Below, one piece after another: positions 37,550 through 47,214 of a stretch of DNA of 64,000 nt. Every line of letters starts with the position of its first letter. The first letter of the stretch is position 1. The stretch lies in sequence record NC_048182.1. One strand, 5' to 3'. The notes below the pieces were generated by a model. That model was not told the DNA's origin. It did not search any database and saw only the letters and a program-made list of their open reading frames with translations. Both the position numbers and the translations under genes were made by a program.

Positions 37550-37872
37550 TTCTTAAAGGGAACTCATGATAAGACCCTTTAAGAAAGCGAGAGCACCGTG
37601 GGATTGACTCGGCACTCTCTACTTTAAGCATCGGAGGAGAATAATGGACGAAAGTACTGGCTTAGCGGAGCGGATTACTTTCTTAATAACAACTCATTCT
37701 CATTGAGTAACTATTAAGAAAGGGGATGTGGCAAGCATCCCGCTTTATTAACGAGGAGTATAGCAATGGCAATAGCACTACGAAGCAACCGGGCGAATCG
37801 GACACACTTCTGTAAGAGAACTCATTAAAGACGCTTAAAGAAGTGGAGATACTATTTTTACATAATATCTCC
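37550..37872. repeat. Three degenerate double-hairpin modules of about 129 bp sharing AACTCAT
   Basis: AACTCAT at 37561, 37691 and 37819, each inside a TTCT...AGAA stem and followed by a second purine-led hairpin. Confidence 0.6.
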
Positions 37873-38004
37873 TAACCCTGTAAAAATAAAATCATTCAAA
37901 GGGAATGATAGAAAGCAATGAGCAATGTGTAAACATGAAAGTCGTCGAGAGCAAGTTCGATTTATTTCACATAATATATAACAATTCCATTTTTATTTAA
38001 GTAG

Positions 38005-38024
38005 ATATTATCTACATGTTAAAC
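38005..38024 (+). promoter_or_regulatory. Putative early promoter starting the large accessory block
   Basis: ATATTATCTACATGTTAAAC. Confidence 0.7.
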
Positions 38025-38063
38025 AATTACAATATTTTAAGTATAACATAGAGGATTACGATT

Positions 38064-38678
38064 ATGAACGTAGAAACTATTCGCAAAAGTCTGTCTGCTC
38101 AGTTGCGCAACCATTTTCCAGTTGTTAATGAAGTTCGTGTAAGTGTAGTATCGCCATTGGATCTTACCGGTCCTCAATTAAAAAGCGAAATCATCTACGC
38201 TTTCGAATTCATTATCAATAACAGCGAACGGTATCACACCTTTGCTGTTGAACGTGATCACGATGTTTATTTCACCCGTCCTAAAGAAGGGATCCGTTCT
38301 GAACTGACCACAATGATCCGTACTCGCGACTTCCGTCTGTTACTGACCGAAGACATTCTCAATCACCAAGATGTGGTAGGGAAGTTCCTGGAAAACAAAC
38401 TGTGCCAGGGTGCTCGTGAAGATATCGAACGCATTGTGAAGGACATTACTCAGATTGGGGAAGATCTGGGTAAACCGAATGTTCATATTTGTCAAGGCTT
38501 TACTGTAAAACGTTTCCATAAAGTCACTATGGGTTATGACTCTGCCATTGAATTATTAGTAAGGCACAGCGATCAAACTGAATATGCACGCTATACCGGT
38601 AAAGTGGAGAGCGGGCGTTTAATGGCGTTAAAAGACTCAATGGGTAACAATGCATCTACCCACGCACTCTTCGATTAA
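38064..38678 (+). CDS. Hypothetical protein
   Basis: 204 aa with a GAGGA RBS. Confidence 0.8.
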   Translation: MNVETIRKSLSAQLRNHFPVVNEVRVSVVSPLDLTGPQLKSEIIYAFEFIINNSERYHTFAVERDHDVYFTRPKEGIRSELTTMIRTRDFRLLLTEDILNHQDVVGKFLENKLCQGAREDIERIVKDITQIGEDLGKPNVHICQGFTVKRFHKVTMGYDSAIELLVRHSDQTEYARYTGKVESGRLMALKDSMGNNASTHALFD

Positions 38679-38715
38679 TTTAAAAAACCCAATATCTTTA
38701 AAAAGGAACAGAATA

Positions 38716-39186
38716 ATGGCTAGCAAAAAACCCGCTAAACAAAAGAAAGTTAAAACTAACTTGAACAAACCAGCTCCACGCCCTGTGGTTCATCTGGACT
38801 ATCTGCGGGTATACCATGAAGTCTTGAAGCACGAAGAAGTGCTTGATTATGATCTGGATGTGATCTTTGATGCTACCATTAAAGTTCTCGAAGCAAATTT
38901 GGCTGATAAGAAACTCTCACAACAGCCGGATGGTTATGATGTAGAAGTTCTGGTAAGTCTGGTAATGGAAGAGCTGGTTGATAAAACCGTATCTTTGGAA
39001 GATGTTGCCATGGAGCTGGAACGGGAGCTTGGCTTACCAGGTACCGCTCAAGAAGCTTTGAAAGCAATCACAGGTGACTTTGATTCAGCTTTCCCTGGCA
39101 AAGGTAGCCTCACCGAGACATTGAAAAAATCTCGGAGTAATGTTCGTAACTTCCCTGAACATCAAGCGTTTAACCACGCCGTATAA
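38716..39186 (+). CDS. Hypothetical protein with a basic N-terminus
   Basis: AAGGA RBS before MASKKPAKQKK. Confidence 0.75.
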   Translation: MASKKPAKQKKVKTNLNKPAPRPVVHLDYLRVYHEVLKHEEVLDYDLDVIFDATIKVLEANLADKKLSQQPDGYDVEVLVSLVMEELVDKTVSLEDVAMELERELGLPGTAQEALKAITGDFDSAFPGKGSLTETLKKSRSNVRNFPEHQAFNHAV

Positions 39187-39253
39187 ACCCATCACCTCCA
39201 GCCCTCACGGGTTGGGGGTGTTTTAATAATACATTTAACTTAGAGAAAATAAA

Positions 39254-40048
39254 ATGATTACTTCTACTTCCATGACTGTATCGTTGTTAGCTGGACTGAT
39301 GAAATGGATCGCTACTGGTGAAGATGGCGGTGCTCGTTCTACATTGGGTGCTGAGCTGGAGTTCACTCATGTTACCAGTTACGAGATTGACGGCCAGCCT
39401 CGCAAGATCATTCTTGTATTTAAGCGCGGCGCGATGCTCGGTCGAGTTATTCCTGTTTACGAAGAAAATAGCGAAAAGCTTACCCGTTGGTTGATTCAAC
39501 GCGATACCCAGTTGGGTTTCTTCATGGACGAAACAAATGGTACTTACGAGTACATGGCTGACTATGCGGTTAACATGTTCTTGGTAGATCCAGATGTTCT
39601 GAAACGGGTATTTGAGGAACGTAATCAAAACCGTATCAACGGGCTGACTGTAACCAAGCCAAAAGAAAATACCCCATCTAAACACCTAATTTATGAAGTT
39701 GAAATGAAAGACTTCGATGAGGTTATGTGCGCGGACATGGGTAAAGATAAAGCTGAACTGGGTAAGGTTCTCGGAATTTACAAGGTGACAGACATCGAGT
39801 ACCTAAAGGACATTCACTTCGAATGTTTCGTCGCCGGTAATGAATACGAGAACTGGGTTCAGTGCATGGTTATGCAAAGCTCAGGTAAATTCCCTCGTAT
39901 CTACGGTAGCTTCCGTATGAACGACACCTATGCGGTTATTGAAAGTCGCTTCTTCAAAGGGGCGGTCGAAACTGTATTCGATTTTGGGCTGGCTGATGTT
40001 ATTAATCGTTTCATGGTAATCCCTCATGCAAATCACAGTGCAAAGTAA
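39254..40048 (+). CDS. Hypothetical protein
   Basis: 264 aa ORF. Confidence 0.75.
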   Translation: MITSTSMTVSLLAGLMKWIATGEDGGARSTLGAELEFTHVTSYEIDGQPRKIILVFKRGAMLGRVIPVYEENSEKLTRWLIQRDTQLGFFMDETNGTYEYMADYAVNMFLVDPDVLKRVFEERNQNRINGLTVTKPKENTPSKHLIYEVEMKDFDEVMCADMGKDKAELGKVLGIYKVTDIEYLKDIHFECFVAGNEYENWVQCMVMQSSGKFPRIYGSFRMNDTYAVIESRFFKGAVETVFDFGLADVINRFMVIPHANHSAK

Positions 40049-40463
40049 AGCGAAGCTAATCAAGCTTTGTGAAGATCTCCGCCGGATCAAAAAGAAAATT
40101 CCGATTGATCCAAGAAGAATGTCACCGACTCCAAAGCAGCTCAAACGAGCTATGGAAGACATTCGTGAAAAGCTAAGGGAATCTCAAGGCATTAAGTTTG
40201 ATCTTGATGACGGGGGTTCTAAGTTCTTTGATGTGGGGTATGTGGCGGGTGGTCGTGAACACCATGTCGTCCCCATCATGGAAATCTTTTCTGTTGAACC
40301 TACACGAGCTGATAGTCGTTTATTAATGACTGTTTGGTTTGATGTAGAATGTCATGCTCATGTCACTACGTTAGATGGACGATATAAGACAGTATTCCGT
40401 TACGCGACTCCTGAAGAGTTGTCTAATTGGATTGCTGAATATCTTGTTGAGTTTTATTCCTAG
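40026..40463 (+). CDS. Hypothetical protein
   Basis: 145 aa ORF. Confidence 0.7.
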   Translation: MQITVQSKAKLIKLCEDLRRIKKKIPIDPRRMSPTPKQLKRAMEDIREKLRESQGIKFDLDDGGSKFFDVGYVAGGREHHVVPIMEIFSVEPTRADSRLLMTVWFDVECHAHVTTLDGRYKTVFRYATPEELSNWIAEYLVEFYS

Positions 40464-40593
40464 TTATATTAATTTCTGACTCCTATTCTTATCTATTGTT
40501 TAGGGGTAGGGGTCTATCCGATTAGGATGAATTAATATAATTACTGAACGAAGTGAAGTATCCTTATTCCATCTGTTAATACCGAAGGTAAAC

Positions 40594-40968
40594 ATGAATC
40601 CTTACATAGCAAGTATTCCAATGATACTTCTTATTGTTTTAATCGTTTCCCATACTACTTGGAAAATGATTAAACGCAGAAGAGAAATTGATAAACTCTC
40701 TAAAGAAACCATTCAGGGTATTCGACTGAGTCTAGTAAGCTATCTCAATAAAGAATTTGCCAGCACAGGTGAAATCAATGAGGTAAAACTTTATACCAAA
40801 TGCAGAGATATTCAAGACATGTATACAGGGATTGTAATCACCACTCTGATGCCTAAAGAGTTTCTCACTATCGATATTGTATATGGCAAACACAAAAGCA
40901 CCATAACGTGTCACCGCAGAGTTCCCAAATGGCACAGGGAAAACAATACCAAATATGAGGTGGTCTAA
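40594..40968 (+). CDS. N-terminally membrane-anchored hypothetical protein
   Basis: TM segment IASIPMILLIVLIVS. Confidence 0.7.
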   Translation: MNPYIASIPMILLIVLIVSHTTWKMIKRRREIDKLSKETIQGIRLSLVSYLNKEFASTGEINEVKLYTKCRDIQDMYTGIVITTLMPKEFLTIDIVYGKHKSTITCHRRVPKWHRENNTKYEVV

Positions 40969-41318
40969 TGGACAACTATGTCGTGGTGTCTTTAGGTACA
41001 GTATGTCTTGTTCTACTGTGCATCGTTTCTTTCTTGTTGAAGAGAGAACACAAATCTTCGGAAGCAGTTAAGCGTGTAGTCAGCGATGTGAAATATAACC
41101 TAGATCGGGAAATGAAGAAATATCTTGACAATGGTGAAAAGATAACATCGCTGTATTTAATCAGCGCTGCTTTCAGTTGCTCTCGCCATCTTCCTTCATC
41201 AGTCCATATTGATTATGGTATCGATAACGATGAATGGTTCTTTGTTATCCTGCTGGGTAACGAATGTGAAATGGTCTCTGGCCCAATTATGATTGATAAG
41301 GCAAAAGAAAATGATTGA
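40968..41318 (+). CDS. N-terminally membrane-anchored hypothetical protein
   Basis: TM segment YVVVSLGTVCLVLLCIVSFLL. Confidence 0.7.
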   Translation: MDNYVVVSLGTVCLVLLCIVSFLLKREHKSSEAVKRVVSDVKYNLDREMKKYLDNGEKITSLYLISAAFSCSRHLPSSVHIDYGIDNDEWFFVILLGNECEMVSGPIMIDKAKEND

Positions 41319-41664
41319 TAACAACACGCTGTACGGGATTGTCGGAACTCTGCTGTTCACCAATTTCGTGATTCCATTCCTGAAGGCACTGTTTGGACCA
41401 TCTCCAGCTCCAAAGATCCAGCTGAGTAGTTTGACAACATTACCTCGAATGAATGCGGCAGATTTGGCTTATGTCATTGGTCAGATCATCCATGAAAATG
41501 ATGGTAAATATTGGCTGGTTGATTATTCGACCGATGAAGCCAATGTTGTTACTATTACTTTTGGATATAAACAACAGGGCGAGGACTATAAATTTGAAGT
41601 CATGTGTCGTATTGATAACACGATGGCTCCAAAGTACCCGCTCAACAAACGTCGTAAAAAGTAA
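41311..41664 (+). CDS. N-terminally membrane-anchored hypothetical protein
   Basis: TM segment LYGIVGTLLFTNFVIPFL. Confidence 0.7.
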   Translation: MIDNNTLYGIVGTLLFTNFVIPFLKALFGPSPAPKIQLSSLTTLPRMNAADLAYVIGQIIHENDGKYWLVDYSTDEANVVTITFGYKQQGEDYKFEVMCRIDNTMAPKYPLNKRRKK

Positions 41665-41741
41665 CAATACTCTGTTTAATTCAATAGTTCCGTAAGGGAC
41701 TATCTTAAACCACCATAAATCTATAATTGGGAAAAATGTAA

Positions 41742-42401
41742 ATGTTCACTGCTACTCACGCAACCGCTCTGGTAATCCGTTTAATCCTGACCTACATTGC
41801 CGCTAACGTTAAAATCGTTAACGAGCTGCTGTCGCAGGTTGAAGTTGGTCAAAGCCTGACTCTGTTCCAACGTGGTAAACTGATTATCACTATGAGCCGT
41901 GCCGGTGGGAAAGGAGTCCTTCAGTTTGAATTCGGGGATCGTGAGTTCCATGAGATCAAACTGAACTCGGCAAAAACGCCTATCAGTAAACGTGTTCTGA
42001 ATGATCTTGAAGTTTGGTATCATCGTGAATTCCGTCCTTTAGAAATTGAAGCGCGGGAATGTGCTGAAATTGCTTTGGGTCAGATTCATTTAGAACGTGA
42101 ACTGAGAAAGTTCACCTTTATGGATAAACTGCTGGGTCGTGGTCGTACCGTAGATCTGAATACCGGATTTGCTATGTTTGACAGATTGATCGAAAACAAA
42201 GCAACCATCCAGCCAAATCTGTTTGGTAAGACTAAAGTTCTGATCCAATCCGAAGTGAGCTTAGGCAATCATGCAGCACCTCTGCGCCGTATTCTTCCGG
42301 TACAGTTCGGTGCTAGTCAGGAGTTCACTGTTTCTAATGGTGATCCTGTTGATGCGTACGCTCGCAGTGTGATTAAGTCCGTTCTTGATTTGCTGAAATA
42401 A
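41742..42401 (+). CDS. Hypothetical protein
   Basis: 219 aa ORF. Confidence 0.75.
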   Translation: MFTATHATALVIRLILTYIAANVKIVNELLSQVEVGQSLTLFQRGKLIITMSRAGGKGVLQFEFGDREFHEIKLNSAKTPISKRVLNDLEVWYHREFRPLEIEARECAEIALGQIHLERELRKFTFMDKLLGRGRTVDLNTGFAMFDRLIENKATIQPNLFGKTKVLIQSEVSLGNHAAPLRRILPVQFGASQEFTVSNGDPVDAYARSVIKSVLDLLK

Positions 42402-42719
42402 AACTGAATGGGTGGCCTTAGGGTCATCCACTCTTTGTTTGTTTTATAATTTTAAGTTATTTTTAAGGTAGTTATTATTATATGCAGTTCTCTTAACTTT
42501 TATCTTTCTCTTACTTCCTTTTTATAGGGTAGTAAGGGGGGATAAAAGGGGGGATTGTCCTTTCCGGGCGGGAGGCCAATCCAGCTATATCTAATAGGGG
42601 TTTTGTTATATTAGATATAATAGAGTAAAGAACAAAGGTTACCTGGAAATTAAAAATTCCCAAAAATTCAATTAAACTCTGATTATCCTACGGGGTAATC
42701 GGGGGTAAAGGAGATATGT

Positions 42720-43271
42720 ATGAAACTTGAGTATTTCGGTATTACCACTAAAGAGAACACCACTTGCTATGATACCGTAGCAGCTCATATCGCTAAAACA
42801 TTTTATCACGTTAAGTTGAATGGAGACAAAGCTATTGCTAATGACTTCATTGCTGAGATGCGTGTACAATGGCATGCTGATGGTATTGAAGGTGACATTC
42901 GTGTAATGTCTCACGATGTTGCTTCACTGATGGAATGGTTGAAAGATAACCATCCAGAAGTTCATGTACTGGTTCCTCCATTCCGTATCGATGTATTCCA
43001 AGAACTGGCTAATCAGATGAAGTCTTCTTCTCATCTGACTTATCAAGCTGTAGCGCCGGATCAGGAAATGGAATATGAATTTGGCGTTGAGCCAGATACT
43101 GATGATTTTGTACCAGAGCGTGCATCGGTAGAAGAATCTCTGGAAGCTATTAAAGCCAATGGCTTCTATACTGGCTTGCAGTGCTATCCAAATACCCCGG
43201 TTGGATTCTGGTCCTTTTATGGATTAGATTTCGAATCTCTGTTTAACCAAATTCTTGAAGAGGAAGAGTAA
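42720..43271 (+). CDS. Acidic hypothetical protein
   Basis: AAGGAG RBS; 183 aa. Confidence 0.8.
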   Translation: MKLEYFGITTKENTTCYDTVAAHIAKTFYHVKLNGDKAIANDFIAEMRVQWHADGIEGDIRVMSHDVASLMEWLKDNHPEVHVLVPPFRIDVFQELANQMKSSSHLTYQAVAPDQEMEYEFGVEPDTDDFVPERASVEESLEAIKANGFYTGLQCYPNTPVGFWSFYGLDFESLFNQILEEEE

Positions 43272-43678
43272 TGGTATATCGCCGTTTGTTCTTGGTGTTC
43301 ATGGCGTTGTGTCTTTGGTATTCTGTTTATGCTTTAGTTAGTGTTAACAAGTACATGACTTCTGTGGACACACCTGTTGAAGTAAAACAGCTTTATTCCG
43401 GTACTAGTACAGGTAAGTACAGTAAAATGGAGTTCATTGCCATCTACCAGACCCGAGATGGAACTATCTTCGATCGCAGAATCTCAGCATCCACTTTCTA
43501 CCAGTTAAAACCTGGAGATAAGATCATGTTGAGTATCCGGCCATTTGACATACGACAAAATTGGGTTGACAATGCAATCTGGTTTTTTGGTGTTATTACT
43601 TATTCCGTAATTGCATCTGGGGTTGGTGGTATATTTGTGGTATTAGCATTCTGGCGTAGCAAGAGGAGGAAGAAATGA
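43271..43678 (+). CDS. Two-TM membrane protein with a small beta domain
   Basis: N- and C-terminal TM helices flanking ISASTFYQLKPGDKI. Confidence 0.75.
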   Translation: MVYRRLFLVFMALCLWYSVYALVSVNKYMTSVDTPVEVKQLYSGTSTGKYSKMEFIAIYQTRDGTIFDRRISASTFYQLKPGDKIMLSIRPFDIRQNWVDNAIWFFGVITYSVIASGVGGIFVVLAFWRSKRRKK

Positions 43679-43818
43679 AGAAACGCAAAGTAGTTTCCCC
43701 GAAAGAAAAGAAACGTCGGGAAGAACAGTCTCTTGGGAATAGTCCCCTTTACTTAGATGGTGAAGGTGGAACATTCCGTATGCACAAGAATTCCAAAAAC
43801 TCATATCGTATCTATTAA
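43675..43818 (+). CDS. 47-aa basic hypothetical protein
   Basis: GGAGG RBS and ATGA overlap with the previous stop. Confidence 0.6.
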   Translation: MKKRKVVSPKEKKRREEQSLGNSPLYLDGEGGTFRMHKNSKNSYRIY

Positions 43819-43827
43819 GGGTTAGCT

Positions 43828-44529
43828 ATGAAAATGGTTGAACTGTTAGTTGGGTACGACATGGAGAAACTTTATTCTGGAGAAGTTAGCCCAGTTAGTA
43901 CCGACATGATTACTGATATTCATATCAAAAGCGATGATGAATTAACACCCAGTGAACGTCGTCAATTTGAAACAGAGTTATCAGATCTGATTCATAAGCA
44001 TTTTGTTACAAACAAACGTCGCCTTGAACAGGAACTTTTGAAACGTCAGTATAATGTAAAAGAGCTGCGTATTTTCTACACTGATTACATGGAGTATCGC
44101 GAAGATGATTTTTATCATTGCCTTGCTCGCGGATCAGAAAACTTCCTTGCTAAACTGAAGAGTGGCGAAGTAGAAAAACTTTCTCGTAGTTTTATATTAG
44201 CCACCGGTATTTTATCAGAACACACATTGGATCAATTTGACCGTTTTGCAAAATCAGTCCAATCCAAAATTTCTGTTCAAGAAGAATCCGTTAGCACGGA
44301 AGCGATCAGAACGTGTCTGAACAATATGGTTGGATTGACCGAACCAGAATGTTTGGTTCTCTTTGGACGTTTTGGCACCATTGGAATGAGCGGGGCGTTT
44401 GTTCACCATTATAACAGACTTGTTCCATTAGCAGAAATTGAATATGCATTCAGGGATTTAAATTTCCCTCAGGATGTATTAATAGCTGCCATGATTAAAT
44501 ATACCAAAGATCATCCTATCAAGGAGTAA
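43828..44529 (+). CDS. Hypothetical protein
   Basis: 233 aa ORF. Confidence 0.75.
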   Translation: MKMVELLVGYDMEKLYSGEVSPVSTDMITDIHIKSDDELTPSERRQFETELSDLIHKHFVTNKRRLEQELLKRQYNVKELRIFYTDYMEYREDDFYHCLARGSENFLAKLKSGEVEKLSRSFILATGILSEHTLDQFDRFAKSVQSKISVQEESVSTEAIRTCLNNMVGLTEPECLVLFGRFGTIGMSGAFVHHYNRLVPLAEIEYAFRDLNFPQDVLIAAMIKYTKDHPIKE

Positions 44530-44531
44530 CA

Positions 44532-44699
44532 ATGAAAGTTGGTAAATATCTATTAGAGAAACATGGGTTTGATAAAGATAGCACTAAAGCCCGTTTTCTT
44601 GAAGACTTCGGTTACTCAGAGAAGATCCTTGAATCAATCCTGGATGACCGTTATCCGTGTGCAGAAGAAGCTTTCCAAATCCTGACCAAAAACAAATAA
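44532..44699 (+). CDS. 55-aa protein, possible HTH
   Basis: AAGGAG RBS; FGYSEKILESILDDRYP resembles Cro-type HTH spacing. Confidence 0.6.
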   Translation: MKVGKYLLEKHGFDKDSTKARFLEDFGYSEKILESILDDRYPCAEEAFQILTKNK

Positions 44700-44759
44700 C
44701 ATAAATCTACTCCGACTACCATAAGGTAGTTCGGAGTTCCATCTAGAGAGAGAATTAAA

Positions 44760-45377
44760 ATGAATAAACTTTTTGAAAAACAAATTGAAGATATTCGCAA
44801 AGGCGTTAAAAACGGGATTGAAAAAGGTTTGGATGTTGTATCTAACACTCCTTTAGGTCTTCGCGTTATTTATAGTGCAGACCACTTGAATGTCTATACC
44901 ACTATGTCGGAACTTCTCATCAAGTTTACCGCCAATGATTTTAAGTTCTGTTGTCGTATTCCGTTATGGGTCAACGGCCAATATGATCTAACCAGCGATG
45001 GTGATCTGTTAACATCATTCAACCACATTCGTTCAATCAAAATTGACGAATGGGTATTTGCAACCATAACCGATTGCATTGAATATCAACAATGGTTGGG
45101 ACCGCAACAAGCTTATGAACCCGTCGCCGAGAGTAAAGGCGAACCGGTTATTAAATTCGGCATTATAATCCATCATACTAAAAACCGATACACCCGTGTT
45201 TCCGGTGAAGAAGTTTGGAAGTATGTTGATATGCCAACACCTTCTACCATGAAGTTGGTAGATCCTGATTCTAATGAAGATATTCAAGGCGGTCGTCTTG
45301 AAGTTATTTGCGACGGTGAACTCGATCTGCCTGCCATCTGTGAAGCTTTCCGTCACCAATATCTGGAGAACAAGTAA
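44760..45377 (+). CDS. Hypothetical protein
   Basis: 205 aa ORF. Confidence 0.75.
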   Translation: MNKLFEKQIEDIRKGVKNGIEKGLDVVSNTPLGLRVIYSADHLNVYTTMSELLIKFTANDFKFCCRIPLWVNGQYDLTSDGDLLTSFNHIRSIKIDEWVFATITDCIEYQQWLGPQQAYEPVAESKGEPVIKFGIIIHHTKNRYTRVSGEEVWKYVDMPTPSTMKLVDPDSNEDIQGGRLEVICDGELDLPAICEAFRHQYLENK

Positions 45378-45718
45378 TGCGTACGCCAAAACAAATCCGT
45401 AAAGACTTGGCCAAAGTCCTGGTCCCAGTTTGTAACCATCTGAAGAAACACGGTACTGATAAGTACACTGACCAACTGGAATACGAAGTGGTTAGTAAGT
45501 ACGATAACAAGCGTACCACATACCGTGCTAAGTTCGAACCACATGGTGACAGGATGATTGAAGTAACTGTTGAGTTCTTCTTCTCTTTAACGCTGAAGTT
45601 CCTGGTTCCAATCGATCAAATCCAACACATGGTTGCTGAGTTACAAGCTCAACGTTTCGCAGAAGAAAACAACCACATCGTTGAAGGCGTCCACAAATTC
45701 CAAAAGGATATCCACTAA
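45377..45718 (+). CDS. Hypothetical protein
   Basis: TAATG coupling. Confidence 0.75.
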   Translation: MRTPKQIRKDLAKVLVPVCNHLKKHGTDKYTDQLEYEVVSKYDNKRTTYRAKFEPHGDRMIEVTVEFFFSLTLKFLVPIDQIQHMVAELQAQRFAEENNHIVEGVHKFQKDIH

Positions 45719-46047
45719 TGAGTAAGATTACTCCAACCGAGATTGCAGAAATTATTGCTAAAGCAACTCTGGAAGCTGTAACAAAATCCCGAGATGACAT
45801 ATTGGCCGGTAAGAAAACAACACTGTTTGCTACCGCTGAAATTGGTTACGGTATTCGTTATAATCTCCACAGCAACATAGTTAAAGGTACTGAGTACCTT
45901 ATCGCTAGTATCAGTCAAGATGGGAGTATTTTATTCAAAGTAGAATACAACACCAGATTTAGCACTCAAGCTAGTTCTTCTGTTGATGCGATGATCGATG
46001 TCATCTGTCATGTAATCGACCTGGAAGAAAGGAAAGTCTCACAATGA
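45718..46047 (+). CDS. Hypothetical protein
   Basis: TAATG coupling. Confidence 0.75.
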   Translation: MSKITPTEIAEIIAKATLEAVTKSRDDILAGKKTTLFATAEIGYGIRYNLHSNIVKGTEYLIASISQDGSILFKVEYNTRFSTQASSSVDAMIDVICHVIDLEERKVSQ

Positions 46048-46472
46048 CAACTCAAGCCCAGTACTATATCGATGCTCTGTTCTGTAAATGTATTCTCCAT
46101 CGACTGACTAGATCTAAAATCCCTTTCTCTCGTTTTTGTTTTCTGATCAATAAAGAAGTGGAAGAAGTTAATGCTGTATTCCAGGGTCGTGCACCTATTG
46201 GGTCTATTGTGACCTTTTATGAGTTGGATCGTATCTTTGGTACCACCGATGGTTATCATAAAGCGGTCTACGATAATTGCGCCGCGACCCTGATGTTAGA
46301 AACATCATGCTATCCTGAATCTGAAAAGGTCCCACCTGCTACAGTGACCATTACGGTCGATCTATTAAAACGTTTATCCAATGCTGCTTTGGATTACCAT
46401 TACCAGAACCCAGCCGGTAAAGAAGGTTGGAGTATTCTTACCGAGCTTGGTGTAAAAGAGGATGATGAATAA
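46044..46472 (+). CDS. Hypothetical protein
   Basis: ATGA coupling. Confidence 0.7.
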   Translation: MTTQAQYYIDALFCKCILHRLTRSKIPFSRFCFLINKEVEEVNAVFQGRAPIGSIVTFYELDRIFGTTDGYHKAVYDNCAATLMLETSCYPESEKVPPATVTITVDLLKRLSNAALDYHYQNPAGKEGWSILTELGVKEDDE

Positions 46473-46921
46473 TGCGCTTCTCTCAATTCATTTATGAAAA
46501 CGAAGATAGTGAACTACAATCAGTAGTTCACGACTGTTTCGTGGATTCCGGTTTAGAAGAACCTGGGATCATCGGTATCCTTTACCCTAAGTGGTTGGAT
46601 GCTGCTGAAGAGCAAGAGTTCTATGAATGGCTGATCAATGAGTTCTCTCCATCTGGACCTCATGCCATCATCGTTCCTGCTCCTGAAGTTGATTGGTTCA
46701 ACATGAACAATCCAAAGGACGTGGTATCCTTGGCTGGTCGTGTAGAGCGTGATCGTAATGACGGTGTTCGTTATAACCGTTTGTATATCGCGCTGTACCG
46801 CGCTGACAACACACCTCCTGAAGCTGTTCGTGTTCAACACGACTGGTTCTTCACTATCAGTGAGAATACCAACAACCATGGTCGCCGTGGTGCCGTCCAC
46901 CAAATGCTGGAGAAGAAATAA
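46472..46921 (+). CDS. Hypothetical protein
   Basis: TAATG coupling. Confidence 0.75.
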   Translation: MRFSQFIYENEDSELQSVVHDCFVDSGLEEPGIIGILYPKWLDAAEEQEFYEWLINEFSPSGPHAIIVPAPEVDWFNMNNPKDVVSLAGRVERDRNDGVRYNRLYIALYRADNTPPEAVRVQHDWFFTISENTNNHGRRGAVHQMLEKK

Positions 46922-47205
46922 TGAAATGGATTAGCTGGTACCAACCAACCGAAGATGTTCGTCCGCTTCAATACCCACCTACCGAAGGTATTTTAGCTTG
47001 GTGGGAAACAGGCACAAGCGACAAAGGAGCAGTCCTGACTGTTTTAGTCGATGCTGAAACAGAAGAGTCCGCAAAGGAACATGTTCAGCTCAATTGGCCA
47101 GAAGCTAATGAATGGCGTTTCTGTGATGATAAGGTCGATAAGACTTTCTCAAATCGATTCCCTGTTAGTGACTGGATGATCGAACGTGGTTGTTCAAATA
47201 CTTGA
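46921..47205 (+). CDS. Trp-rich hypothetical protein
   Basis: WISWYQP..D.RPL..PP...WWETG motif. Confidence 0.75.
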   Translation: MKWISWYQPTEDVRPLQYPPTEGILAWWETGTSDKGAVLTVLVDAETEESAKEHVQLNWPEANEWRFCDDKVDKTFSNRFPVSDWMIERGCSNT

Positions 47206-47214
47206 GAGGATAAA

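Noticed and set aside
37550-37872. CRISPR array
   Set aside because: There are no near-identical 25-40 bp repeats; only a heptamer and stem ends are shared, and no cas genes are present.
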